Assembly (NCBI GenBank): GCA_040756655.1
Contig: JBFLYN010000010.1
Location: forward strand, 1,068 to 65,067
Source of the DNA: Bacillota bacterium
GTDB taxonomy: Bacteria > Bacillota > Sulfobacillia > UBA8153
DNA: 64,000 nucleotides
Reading direction: 5' to 3'
Each line of letters begins with the position of its first letter. Position 1 is the first letter of the stretch. The translations under genes were made by a program, and so were the position numbers. The notes below the pieces were generated by a model that saw only the letters and a program-made list of their open reading frames with translations, did no database searches and was not told where the DNA came from. Shown here one piece after another: positions 9,629 to 18,972 of this stretch.

Positions 9629-10279
9629 GTGGCCCGACTGCGTGAGTATCGCCACCTGCTTTTGGCCCTAGGACTGGCGCTGGTTGCGGGACTCAATGTG
9701 TACAGCTATCTTGCAGACCTCCAGTTGAGTGGCCCAGTGGTGGTCACCGCGGCCAACATCGAAGCTGGGAGTGTGTTGACCCCGGCCATGGTCAGGACTA
9801 GCTACGTGCACCCCGAAGCTATCCACCCTTTGGCTTTTAGGGACCGCCAGGCCGCCGTGGGTCGGGTGGCCCTGGTGCCCATGGTGGCGGGGGAACAGGT
9901 GCTGGTAGCCAAGACTTCAGCGGATCCAACCTACCGGGGACTGGGTGCCCGCATCCCGCCTGAACTGCGAGCGGTCTACGTGCCTGCCACCGGTTTTCGG
10001 GGACTGGCTGGTGCCCTGGTCCCGGGTGAACGAGTGGACGTGGTTTACGTCAGCTCGGACTTGCGGCTGGGGGTGGCGAATGCCGTAACGGTGGTCTGGG
10101 GGGCCATGGTACTGGATGTCAGGGACGAGCGTGGCGGCAGGTATGATGGGACCAGGGACAGCTCTCCTGGGGGCCTGATCCTGCTGGTGACCCCGGTGGA
10201 AGCGGAAAAACTGGCGTTTTGCCTCAAAACTGGTTCCTTGTTTGTGAGCCTGGCGCCGCTGGCCAGTAGCCCGCCTTGA
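9629..10279 (+). CDS. cpaB: Flp pilus assembly protein CpaB/RcpC
   Basis: N-terminal TM helix, SAF-like domain, conserved C-terminal RcpC region; first gene of the tad cluster. Confidence 0.75.
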   Translation: MARLREYRHLLLALGLALVAGLNVYSYLADLQLSGPVVVTAANIEAGSVLTPAMVRTSYVHPEAIHPLAFRDRQAAVGRVALVPMVAGEQVLVAKTSADPTYRGLGARIPPELRAVYVPATGFRGLAGALVPGERVDVVYVSSDLRLGVANAVTVVWGAMVLDVRDERGGRYDGTRDSSPGGLILLVTPVEAEKLAFCLKTGSLFVSLAPLASSPP

Positions 10280-10332
10280 GCGGAGCAATAGGCCAGGCAC
10301 GCCCAGGATAAAGTTGCCCGGCGAAGGGTGGA

Positions 10333-11478
10333 ATGGCTGTGGGGCGGCTGACCCTCAAGCCTGCAAGGGACGGAGCATCATCTGCATCAGCTGTGCGCGC
10401 AGTGGCCGTGGGGGCCGGGCTCAACCTGGTCGAACTCCGGGTCGCGCACCCAGAATATGCCTTCGTTGCACACTTGGCCGACCCGGCGCTCTTGGACGCC
10501 TTCATCCTGGACTGTCGCCCGGAGGCAGTAGTCATGGGGGCGGATCTCCGGGACAGGATGGACCTCATAGCCAGGCGCCACCCGGGTGTCAAACTGGTGC
10601 AGGCAAGGACCCTGGAACCGGCGCGCCCCCAGTCCGGGCCGGAGGTCCAGTCGACCCCGTCCTGCCCGGGGGGGATACCCCTGCCCCAGCAACTGGTGGT
10701 GGTCTGGAGTCCCAAGGGAGGAGTAGGGAAGACCTTCGTGGTGGCCAACGTGGCCACGGCCGTGGCGCGCAGGAGCCGCTTTGGCGTGGCTTTGCTGGAC
10801 TTGGACCTTCACTCGGCCGACAGCGGAGTGTACCTGGATCTTCTGGAAGGGCCTGGCATCGTCGATATCTTGCCCTACCTCTCGGAACTGAGGCCCGAGC
10901 ACCTCGAAAACTACATGGTTCGCCACCCGCGGTCAGGTCTACTGGTCTTGCTGGGGCCGGCCCGACCGGAATTGGCCGATTTCGTCCGGCTAGAACACGT
11001 GCTGAAAATCGTGGAACTGGCTAGGAGACGGTTTGGTTTCGTGTTTGTGGACCTACCGCCCCACGCGGGCGAGGAGACGGTATACGAGTGCATGGAGCAG
11101 GCCAGCCGGATCCTGGTAGTGACCACCCAGGATGCAGCATCCCTGCGCCAGACCCGGCTGACGCTGGAGGTAATGCAGAAGCTGAAGATTGACGTGCCCA
11201 ATTGCGTGTGGGTCATACTCAACCGCCTTCATGCCGGTGCTCCCATACCTCCAGAGCGCGTGGAGGACTTCCTCGGTCACCCGGTGGCTGCCCGCTTGGA
11301 GGAGGACCGGCGGGCAGTAGAGCAGTCCCAGTTCGAAGGAAGACCCCTTGTGGAGACCGGCCGAAACCAGCGTCTAAGCGGGGCGCTGGACGCCCTGGCC
11401 CAGAGGCTTTGCCCCGGTGGGCCGGTCGACGGGCACGGCTGCCGGGGAGGCATAAAAGCTCTATTTCGGAAGGGTTGA
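10333..11478 (+). CDS. cpaE: Flp pilus assembly ATPase CpaE/TadZ (ParA/MinD-type, degenerate N-terminal receiver domain)
   Basis: Deviant Walker A KGGVGKT; N-terminal REC-like domain lacking a canonical phospho-acceptor context; synteny cpaB-cpaE-cpaF. Confidence 0.75.
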   Translation: MAVGRLTLKPARDGASSASAVRAVAVGAGLNLVELRVAHPEYAFVAHLADPALLDAFILDCRPEAVVMGADLRDRMDLIARRHPGVKLVQARTLEPARPQSGPEVQSTPSCPGGIPLPQQLVVVWSPKGGVGKTFVVANVATAVARRSRFGVALLDLDLHSADSGVYLDLLEGPGIVDILPYLSELRPEHLENYMVRHPRSGLLVLLGPARPELADFVRLEHVLKIVELARRRFGFVFVDLPPHAGEETVYECMEQASRILVVTTQDAASLRQTRLTLEVMQKLKIDVPNCVWVILNRLHAGAPIPPERVEDFLGHPVAARLEEDRRAVEQSQFEGRPLVETGRNQRLSGALDALAQRLCPGGPVDGHGCRGGIKALFRKG

Positions 11479-11484
11479 GGCCAC

Positions 11485-12783
11485 TTGTCATTGCTAGAGA
11501 GGCTCGAAAAGCACCGGGCCGGACACGCGGCGGCCGGTCCAGCATCGGTCGAGGAGATCGTGAGCCGGGTGCGGGACCGAGTGCTGGAATCTCATGCCAG
11601 TACCGTGTTCAAAGCCCGCGGCGAAGCGGGTAAGCGTGCGCAGCTTTTGACGCTGGTGACCCAGCTCCTGGTCAGCGACGGCTTGAGCCTGCCCAGGCTA
11701 TCGCGAGAGGCCCTCGCTGAGCATGTAGTCCAGGAACTGGTGGGTTACGGTCCCATCGACTCCCTGGTTTCCGATGGCCAGGTCAGTGAGATCATGGTCA
11801 ACGGTCCGGGCGAGGTGTACATAGAGCGTGATGGCCGGCTATTACGGACGGCAGTGGCCTTCGACAGTGAAGAACAGCTGACCGACCTGATAGTGCGCAT
11901 GGTGGCACCCCTGGGCCGCCGCGTCGACCGGTCTGCTCCGTACGTTGACGCCCGCCTCCCGGATGGTTCCAGGATTAACGCGGTGCTGCCCCCACTGTCC
12001 CTTAACGGGCCGGTGCTCACCATCAGGAAGTTCCCGCAACGGCTGACCAATTTGGCCGACTTGGTCCACCTGGGGTCGCTCAGCGTTGAGATGGCAGCAT
12101 TTCTCGAAAAAATGGTGCACTGCCGGGCCAACATGGTTATGTCCGGTGGTACGTCTTCCGGGAAGACCACTACCCTCAACGTCATATGCCTTCTGGTACC
12201 GTCGGACGAGCGTCTCATAACCATTGAGGATTCTGCCGAACTCCGGCTGGTGGGCCGTCACGTGGTCAGTCTCGAGACCCGCCCGGCCAACATGGAGGGA
12301 AAAGGGGCGGTAGAACTCAGGGACCTGGTGCGAAATGCCCTGCGCATGCGTCCCGACCGGTTGGTGATCGGTGAAGTACGGGGACCCGAGGCCTTTGACC
12401 TGGTCCAGAGCATGAATACCGGGCATCCTGGCTCGTTGACCACGGTCCATGCCAACAGTTGCCGCGATGCCCTCAAGCGTCTAGAGGGCATGGTGCTGAT
12501 GGCCGGGAGCGGCTTGCCGCTGGCAGTGGTCCGGCAGCATCTGGCCGCCGCCATTGATGTGATCGTCCATCACAGCCGGGTACCGGGAGGTGGACGCAGG
12601 GTTACCGAAATCGCCGTGATGGAAAGGTCTGATGACGGGGACCTGAGCCTTACGTGTGTCTACCGGGATCTGACATGGGGAAGGTCGTCCCGGCCTGAGT
12701 TTGTGGCTGACAGTGCGCTTCCCCCATGGATGCATGGGTGGATGGAGGGAAGGGATGCCGGGACCGGTACCGGTCCGCCATGA
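11485..12783 (+). CDS. cpaF: Tad secretion ATPase CpaF/TadA (type II/IV secretion NTPase)
   Basis: Walker A GGTSSGKTT, Walker B and His-box regions of the VirB11/CpaF family. Confidence 0.85.
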   Translation: MSLLERLEKHRAGHAAAGPASVEEIVSRVRDRVLESHASTVFKARGEAGKRAQLLTLVTQLLVSDGLSLPRLSREALAEHVVQELVGYGPIDSLVSDGQVSEIMVNGPGEVYIERDGRLLRTAVAFDSEEQLTDLIVRMVAPLGRRVDRSAPYVDARLPDGSRINAVLPPLSLNGPVLTIRKFPQRLTNLADLVHLGSLSVEMAAFLEKMVHCRANMVMSGGTSSGKTTTLNVICLLVPSDERLITIEDSAELRLVGRHVVSLETRPANMEGKGAVELRDLVRNALRMRPDRLVIGEVRGPEAFDLVQSMNTGHPGSLTTVHANSCRDALKRLEGMVLMAGSGLPLAVVRQHLAAAIDVIVHHSRVPGGGRRVTEIAVMERSDDGDLSLTCVYRDLTWGRSSRPEFVADSALPPWMHGWMEGRDAGTGTGPP

Positions 12784-13619
12784 GACTCCTGCTGATTGCC
12801 TCCTGTGTATCGGGGGTGGTGCTGGTTATTGCCGCGGCAACCTTGCCGCTTTCCCTGAGATGGCGGGGCCGCCTTCTGCGTCTAAGGGGCGGTGAGGCTG
12901 GCAGGAGCCGGACGGGCACCCATACGCAGGACAGGGCAAAGCTGGCGCTGGCCATGGGCGGGGGCTTAGTCGGACTGTGGGTGACCAACCATCCCTGGGG
13001 ACTGCCGGTGGGCGCCGGAACCGGGTACGTGCTGTCCCGGCTCCGGATGACCGCCAGGAACCGCAAGGCCCGCGGGCATTGCCGACAGCAGGCGGAATAC
13101 CTGTGCCTTTCAGTCGCCAACAGCCTGCGGGCGGGCCAGAGTCTCCCCGAAGCCCTGGCTACCGCTGCCCACCGTGTCGGGCCGCCACTGGCGCCCGCCG
13201 TGCTAGCGGCCATTGGCCGTCACCAGGCTGGCGTCCCACTGCTTGACGCGTTTGCCGAGCTAGCCTCCCGGCCTACAGGGTCGGGATTGGGTCACGTGGC
13301 CGAAGTCCTGTCCATCCACCAGGAAGCTGGTGGAGAGTTACCGCTGCTGCTCACCCTGGCTGCCGGGACTCTCCGTGAACGCCGGCTACTTCAAAAGGAA
13401 GTCGAAGCCCGTACGGTGGAAGCGCGGCTAAGCGCCCGCATTTTGGCGGGCATCCCGGTACTGGTTACCTTCTATCTGGCGAAATGGCAGCCAGCGAGCC
13501 TTGTTCCGCTGGTTATGTACCCTGCAGGAAGGGCAGCCCTGGCACTAGCCATTGGCTTGTGGTTGACGGGTCTGGTGGTTACATCGTACTTGGTGGGAGG
13601 GGAGGAGAGCTGGGAGTGA
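12780..13619 (+). CDS. tadB: Tad inner-membrane platform protein TadB (T2SSF domain)
   Basis: ATGA overlap with cpaF stop; polytopic membrane protein with GspF-like domain; position in cluster. Confidence 0.7.
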   Translation: MRLLLIASCVSGVVLVIAAATLPLSLRWRGRLLRLRGGEAGRSRTGTHTQDRAKLALAMGGGLVGLWVTNHPWGLPVGAGTGYVLSRLRMTARNRKARGHCRQQAEYLCLSVANSLRAGQSLPEALATAAHRVGPPLAPAVLAAIGRHQAGVPLLDAFAELASRPTGSGLGHVAEVLSIHQEAGGELPLLLTLAAGTLRERRLLQKEVEARTVEARLSARILAGIPVLVTFYLAKWQPASLVPLVMYPAGRAALALAIGLWLTGLVVTSYLVGGEESWE

Positions 13620-14452
13620 AAGCCGGCCTGGCCGCCGCTTGCACCGGTCTGGCCATCTTCGTGATGGTGGACGGGGTTTTTGCCAGGAAGTACCGGCGCT
13701 GGACTGCGCTTGTGGGCACTCGCGCCGACTCCTGCGGAAGGCTCCTCGAGGTCCTGGCCGACCTACCGTACCCGGCTGGGTGTGGTGATTTGCCGGGCAG
13801 GTTGCGCCTGGCAGGAAGGCCGTGTTTCACGAAAGCTGCGTGGGTCAGGCGCCGGCTGGGTTCACTGGCCCTGGGAGGATCGATACTGCTTGTGCTGTTT
13901 TTGGTCTGCCCGGCCCTGCTGCCTGCTCCCGCAGCCTTTTGCGTTGCCGCCATGTCTTACTGGTGGCCCGACCTGTGGCTGGCCAGGGAGTGCCGCGTGC
14001 GTCGGCGGAAGGTCCAAACCGCTTTTCCGGGTTTTCTTGATCTCATGGCCACGTGCGCCAATGCTGGCCACAGCCTTTACACGTCTCTGCTGACCGTGGC
14101 TCCCCGCGTGTCCGGACCTCTGGGAGAGATCTTCAGGGAGGTGTGTCAGCAACTGGAGTCCGGCCGGAGGTTGTGGGCGGCACTGGAGTATGCCCGGGGC
14201 AACGCCGGGCTTGCAGAAGTAGATACCTTTGTCACCGCCATGGCGGAGGCCGACGCCCTGGGGGCGCCCATAGCAGAGACCCTGAGAAACCTGGCGTCGC
14301 TGGCCCGTACCCAGCGCCGGTACGCCCTGGAGGCCGCGGCTGCCACCCTGCCTCTTAAACTCAGTATATGCACTATTGTCTTCTTCTTGCCCCCGGTCTT
14401 CGTGCTCCTAGTAGTACCTAACTTGATGGCCTTTCTGATCAGTGCCTGGTAG
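13616..14452 (+). CDS. tadC: Tad inner-membrane platform protein TadC (T2SSF domain)
   Basis: GTGA overlap with tadB stop preceded by GGGAGGGGAGGAG RBS; GspF-like membrane protein. Confidence 0.7.
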   Translation: MKAGLAAACTGLAIFVMVDGVFARKYRRWTALVGTRADSCGRLLEVLADLPYPAGCGDLPGRLRLAGRPCFTKAAWVRRRLGSLALGGSILLVLFLVCPALLPAPAAFCVAAMSYWWPDLWLARECRVRRRKVQTAFPGFLDLMATCANAGHSLYTSLLTVAPRVSGPLGEIFREVCQQLESGRRLWAALEYARGNAGLAEVDTFVTAMAEADALGAPIAETLRNLASLARTQRRYALEAAAATLPLKLSICTIVFFLPPVFVLLVVPNLMAFLISAW

Positions 14453-14467
14453 AAAGGAGAAAGACTT

Positions 14468-14644
14468 ATGATGCTGTTTTTCAAGGTGAAGCTCGGTTCG
14501 CGCAGGGGAGCAACCACAGCTGAGTATGCGCTGATCCTTGCCTTGGTCGTAGTAGTTCTCATTACCACCTTGAATAGCTTGGGCTCTGTGCTCAATGAGA
14601 AGCTGAGGTTGATCATCGACCAGCTCACCCAGGTCGGGGGTTAG
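14468..14644 (+). CDS. flp: Flp/Fap family type IVb prepilin (58 aa), absent from the ORF track because it is under 60 aa
   Basis: RBS GAAAGGAGAAAG 6 nt upstream of ATG; Flp motif G/ATTAEYALILALVVVV (prepilin-peptidase site G|ATTAEY plus hydrophobic helix); follows tadC and precedes tadE. Confidence 0.7.
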   Translation: MMLFFKVKLGSRRGATTAEYALILALVVVVLITTLNSLGSVLNEKLRLIIDQLTQVGG

Positions 14645-14647
14645 GAG

Positions 14648-15058
14648 TTGACCGAACTGGGAAGAGCTGGTGATCGCCGTGGCACCGTGGCAGTGGAATT
14701 CGCCCTGGTTTCCACGTTGCTGCTGTTCCTTCTGTTCATCATCATAGACCTGGGGTTAGCTCTCCACGTACGCCTGGTGCTGGGTGCTGCAGCCCGCGAG
14801 GGTGCCCGGCAGGCGGCGGTGGACGGCGGTGCATCCGCCCGTGCCATGCAGCGAGTGCTGGACTACTTGTATATGGCGGGTATTGGGCCCGAGGACGCGG
14901 AGATCAGTTTCATGCCCGCGGCCGCCTCCTACGGCACACCCGTGACGGTTACTGTCAGCTATCACTACCGGTTCACTGTGCCTTTAGTCCAGGCGGTGCT
15001 GGGACCGCTGGTACACCTTCAAGGCACGGCCGTAACCCGTAGTGAAAGGCTACGATGA
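14648..15058 (+). CDS. tadE: TadE-like pseudopilin
   Basis: N-terminal TadE motif GTVAVEFALVSTLLLFLLFIIIDLG. Confidence 0.65.
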   Translation: MTELGRAGDRRGTVAVEFALVSTLLLFLLFIIIDLGLALHVRLVLGAAAREGARQAAVDGGASARAMQRVLDYLYMAGIGPEDAEISFMPAAASYGTPVTVTVSYHYRFTVPLVQAVLGPLVHLQGTAVTRSERLR

Positions 15059-15537
15059 GTAGCCACAGACGCGGGGCTGTGGCCGCGATGGTCATACTGC
15101 TCCTACCAGCGTTCACCGCATTGCTGGCGCTGGTGGCGGATCTTGGGTTAGTGCTCCACGCCAGGGCGGCGCTCAGGGCATCCGCTGACCTCGCGGCCCT
15201 GGCCGGAGTACAGGAACTGGACCTGGAAGCCCTGGCTCAAGGGGAGCCCAGGTTACTGCCGGACGTGGCGATGACAGTGGCAAACACCTACGCCCGGGCC
15301 AATATCAGCAAGCAACTGGGGAATGCGGCAGGGCAGGTTCTCCAGGTGAAGGTGGATGTGTACAACGCCAGTGCCCGTGAGCCCTTGGTTCACGACCGCA
15401 CTGGACGGTTGCTGGAGGCACCCACCGTGTGTGTGCGACTGACCCTGCCCCTGCGGTTGGTCTTGGCCACCCGCATCATGGGGCGGTCTGAGTACCGCGT
15501 GGAAGCCCATGCCGATGCGGCAGTTGTCCGGAGGTAG
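15055..15537 (+). CDS. TadG/TadE-like pseudopilin (Tad_N domain)
   Basis: ATGA overlap with the preceding gene; N-terminal RGAVAAMVILLLPAFTALLALVADLG hydrophobic pilin-like segment. Confidence 0.5.
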   Translation: MSSHRRGAVAAMVILLLPAFTALLALVADLGLVLHARAALRASADLAALAGVQELDLEALAQGEPRLLPDVAMTVANTYARANISKQLGNAAGQVLQVKVDVYNASAREPLVHDRTGRLLEAPTVCVRLTLPLRLVLATRIMGRSEYRVEAHADAAVVRR

Positions 15538-15657
15538 GCCGGGGAGGAGGGTGGGAGATCAGTCCCGCCCTCAACTCATGGGTGGTCCAGGGTGGACTCC
15601 CAGGCCTAGTCAAAGAGTGCCGGTGAAAGGGTCGAGGGGCGCAGCGCAACTTCCCTT

Positions 15658-16380
15658 TCAGCTGTTGGCCGGGTTGGGCGCGTTGGAGACGTTCAAGTCG
15701 ACTACCAGGCAAGTGCCTCCCTGTCGCACGTGGACGTTGCCTGCGTACTGCTGGAGTGGGAATCCGGCATGGGGTTCCCGGGCAAGGTCGGGCGGACAGG
15801 GGTTGCCGCAGCTGGACGGACCGCAGTTGGGTAGAGTTGGGCAACGCCCGGAGCTACAGGTCCACCTGGCCAGCCAGATTGCCCCGGAAAAGCCGGCGTT
15901 GCGGAGGTCCCGGGCCGGGATCAGATTGCAGTAGACGGCCCCCCAGTATGGGGAGTTCTGGTCCAGGTGCCTCGTCCAAGCCAGGGCGTATTCGATCATC
16001 TGAGGCGGGAGGCTGTTGCCGCCTTCAACGTCCAGGAACATGGCGGTACCGGCCACCAGGCCAACATCGCGTGCGTAGGTTATGGCCGTCCGGGCGTCGC
16101 TTTCCCCGGAGGATGCTGCGGCGCCGGGTTTTTCCAGGCCCCGGCTGGCCGCCGGCTGTAGACCGCAATATATCGGGGTGACCCCGTAACCCAGCCGCCT
16201 TAGATGGTTGTAGGCCGGTCCGGTCCAGGTGGAGCTTTGATGCGACCCCGGGCGCTTACGGCCCAGGTAGGTAGGTCCACCTAGGTAAAACCCGACCCAG
16301 GAAAAGACCCCGCCATTCCGGAAGTCCGCCACGGCATTATCTCCTGGGTAATTCATAATATCAAACCCGTGGTAGCCCAT
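15658..16380 (-). CDS. DUF1906 (Rv2525c-like glycoside-hydrolase-like) domain protein, possible cell-wall hydrolase
   Basis: Convergent to the tad operon; motif pattern GFDxxxYPG...VGFYLGG...MFLDVE...ARW resembles the DUF1906 fold; assignment from memory of the family and not verified. Confidence 0.4.
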   Translation of the reverse strand: MGYHGFDIMNYPGDNAVADFRNGGVFSWVGFYLGGPTYLGRKRPGSHQSSTWTGPAYNHLRRLGYGVTPIYCGLQPAASRGLEKPGAAASSGESDARTAITYARDVGLVAGTAMFLDVEGGNSLPPQMIEYALAWTRHLDQNSPYWGAVYCNLIPARDLRNAGFSGAIWLARWTCSSGRCPTLPNCGPSSCGNPCPPDLAREPHAGFPLQQYAGNVHVRQGGTCLVVDLNVSNAPNPANS

Positions 16381-16624
16381 GCTGTACCTCCCGGGCTGAG
16401 ACTCTGACTGCGCATCTTCACATTATGCCCATCAGGGAGCGGTTGTGAACGGTTCCAGGCAACGCCGTGTGGCAGGAGTTCGCGTGGCCCCGGTCTGACC
16501 GGGTAGCGGCAAAGAGCACAAAGACGAAGTAGCGAGAGCAAGGCGGCTTTGGGGGGCAACGAAACCATGGGCCTCAAAAGGGTCATAGTAGTCAGAAGAC
16601 CGGGCCATAACTTGAGGAGACGGG

Positions 16625-17398
16625 TCAGATGACCCGTCTCCTGCTGGACAGTTTCTGGGCGAAGTCAGGATCATTCAGAAACGAATTCTCTGGATGGTCC
16701 CGGCAAATCCGTAGCGTCTTAATGGTGGTGCCATCAATATCCACGGTGTCCCGGGCCAGTCGTCCACCATCTAAGAGCTGCTGCAAAGCCTGGCGGGTCA
16801 TGCTTCTCGGCAGGGCGCGATAGTGCTTCAGGGTGGAGGAGAAGGTGATGACCTTCCCCTGGTCTTCGCCTACGGCCATAAAACTCAAAAGGCGGTGGAG
16901 ATCGCCAGGATCGATGGCCGCCGGTATGGTGCTAAGCTCCTCCACGTGACTGGCCACTGCCCGGAGCTGGTGATTGATGCCGCCTTCCACGCCCATCACG
17001 ATTACTCTTTTGCCGTGACGGATACGTAATCTGGCCACAACTCCGCTGAAGTGGCCGTCGCCAGCAGCAACTACGAAGGTGTCGACATCCGGGTAATCGA
17101 ACAGCACCTGGTAGATGTCGTCAAGCATGGCAAAGTCGGTGAACTGCTTCCAGCCGTCCTCGCGCCTTTGCGACGGGACATCCACCACATCGAGGGTGGC
17201 CGCACGTAACTCCTCTTTGAGGTCGGCAATAATCGGCTCGCGGAAATCGCCGAAACATTTGGCGTGAACCACTTGACCGAACCGGGCTGCTGTGGTAACG
17301 AGATCCTCCGGGACAATTTGGCATCCTAGATTTCGCATACCCTTGGCAAGGTTTTCGATGTCCACAAAAAGTGCGACTTTGGCAGACTTGAGATCCAT
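16625..17398 (-). CDS. NYN-domain (LabA-like) protein with C-terminal OST-HTH/LOTUS domain
   Basis: N-terminal VALFVDIENL NYN nuclease-like motif with acidic residues; C-terminal RNA-binding OST-HTH-like region. Confidence 0.65.
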   Translation of the reverse strand: MDLKSAKVALFVDIENLAKGMRNLGCQIVPEDLVTTAARFGQVVHAKCFGDFREPIIADLKEELRAATLDVVDVPSQRREDGWKQFTDFAMLDDIYQVLFDYPDVDTFVVAAGDGHFSGVVARLRIRHGKRVIVMGVEGGINHQLRAVASHVEELSTIPAAIDPGDLHRLLSFMAVGEDQGKVITFSSTLKHYRALPRSMTRQALQQLLDGGRLARDTVDIDGTTIKTLRICRDHPENSFLNDPDFAQKLSSRRRVI

Positions 17399-17587
17399 GG
17401 ATCACCTGCTTTCTCCGGCGCCTGACATTTTATCAACCTGTTGCTCTTTAAAGATTATACACCTCGACTGTACATGGGTAAAGGCGGGCGCGCCACAGCA
17501 TGGAAAGAACTTTTTCTGGCGCCGGGGGAGGAATTGCGGTTCGCGGTCAAGAATAAAATCAACGACCAAGCAACTTAATACATCGGA

Positions 17588-17790
17588 TGAGGATGACGGG
17601 AGAGACCCGGTTCGTCGGGCGCCGAAGGAGCAAGGGAATACCGAAACTCTCAGGTACCAACACTGTCATCTGACGGATCTCTGGAGAGTCCTGGCTTCAC
17701 AGGACACCAAAGGGGTAACTCGCCTGGGAATCAGCGGGAAATCTCTCAGGTAAAAGGACAGGGGAGAGCAGTGCCGGCTTGCCGGCTTCT
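17588..17790 (+). promoter_or_regulatory. tandem glycine riboswitch (two aptamers) plus expression-platform hairpin, leader of the gcv operon
   Basis: Aptamer 1 GGGAGAGACC...GCCGAAGGAGCAA...CTCAGGTACC..ACAG; aptamer 2 CTCTGGAGAGTCC...CACCAAAGGGGTAA...CTCAGGTAAAAGGACAGG (near-exact consensus); hairpin gccggcttgccggc then ttctc; immediately upstream of gcvT. Confidence 0.8.
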
Positions 17791-17865
17791 CACTCTGTCC
17801 TTATCATTTCCCAGGCCGGCGCGAACTCTACTAGCAGTGGCCTGGTCAAGAAGGAGGTGAAAAGA

Positions 17866-18972
17866 GTGGACAATCTAAAGCGAACCCCGCTCTACGCCAC
17901 GCACCTCAAGTACGGCGGAAAGATCATCGACTTCGCTGGCTGGGCGCTTCCGGTCCAGTTTACCAGCATCATCGAAGAACATCACGCGGTGCGCAAGACT
18001 GCCGGCCTGTTTGATGTGTCCGACATGGGAGAGCTTACGGTGGAGGGGCCAGAGAGCCTGGCGCTACTGCAACTGGCGCTCACCAACGACATCAGCCAGG
18101 GTTACACGGGTAAGGTGATCTATTCCCCCATGTGTAACGAGCAGGGCGGAGTGGTGGACGATCTCCTGGTATACTGCCTGGGGCCCCAGCGCTACCTGCT
18201 GGTGATCAACGCGGGTAACATTGAGAAAGACTTCAACTGGGTAGCGGGCCTGGCCAAACGTTTCGGCCAAGTGACCGTCAAGAACGTGTCGTCAGAAGTG
18301 GCGGAGGTGGCACTGCAGGGACCCAATTCCCAGCCCATCCTCGCCAAGCTCACCGCTTTCGACTTGGCGGGCATTCGGTACTATCACGCGGCTGAGAATA
18401 TCGATGTAGGCGGTGTCACCTGCATGGTTTCGCGCACCGGGTATACCGGAGAGGATGGTTTCGAACTGTACTGCGAACCGGACCGGGCCGCCGAGCTTTG
18501 GGACCTGATTATGGAAGCTGGCGACGAATTCGGACTGGTGCCCGCGGGACTTGGTTGCCGTGACACCCTGCGGTTCGAGGCCTCCATGCCCCTGTACGGC
18601 CAAGAACTCGACGACCAACGCGGCCCGCTAGAGGCCGGGCTGGGCAAGTTCGTGGCTTTTGGCAAGGGCGACTTCGTCGGACGCGAGGCCTTACTGCGCC
18701 AGCGTGAACAAGGTCCATCCCTACGCTTGGTAGGTTTCGAGATGTTGGGCAGGGGAATCCCGCGCACCGGCTATCCCTTACATGCCGGCGGGCAGAGGAC
18801 AGGCTACGTCACCACTGGTTCCTACGCTCCTAGCCTTGACAAGAACCTGGGACTCGGGTTCGTGGCACCCGATTACCGCAAGCCGGGCACAGAGATCGAA
18901 GTGGAGATACGCGGCAGGAACATACCGGCACGCGTGGTCAGGACCCCGTTCTACCGAAGGGAGGGTAAGTAA
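17866..18972 (+). CDS. gcvT: glycine cleavage system T protein (aminomethyltransferase)
   Basis: Start GTG at 17866 after AAGGAGGTGA RBS; conserved N-terminus KRTPLYATHLKYGGKIIDFAGWALPVQF. Confidence 0.9.
   Translation: MDNLKRTPLYATHLKYGGKIIDFAGWALPVQFTSIIEEHHAVRKTAGLFDVSDMGELTVEGPESLALLQLALTNDISQGYTGKVIYSPMCNEQGGVVDDLLVYCLGPQRYLLVINAGNIEKDFNWVAGLAKRFGQVTVKNVSSEVAEVALQGPNSQPILAKLTAFDLAGIRYYHAAENIDVGGVTCMVSRTGYTGEDGFELYCEPDRAAELWDLIMEAGDEFGLVPAGLGCRDTLRFEASMPLYGQELDDQRGPLEAGLGKFVAFGKGDFVGREALLRQREQGPSLRLVGFEMLGRGIPRTGYPLHAGGQRTGYVTTGSYAPSLDKNLGLGFVAPDYRKPGTEIEVEIRGRNIPARVVRTPFYRREGK

Noticed and set aside
10314-11024. 236-aa + ORF in an alternative frame over cpaE
   Set aside because: Low-complexity Gly/Pro/Arg composition; the cpaE frame carries the Walker A KGGVGKT.
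14146-14628. 160-aa minus-strand ORF covering the flp pilin region
   Set aside because: Antisense to tadC and the Flp pilin, both of which have motif and RBS support.
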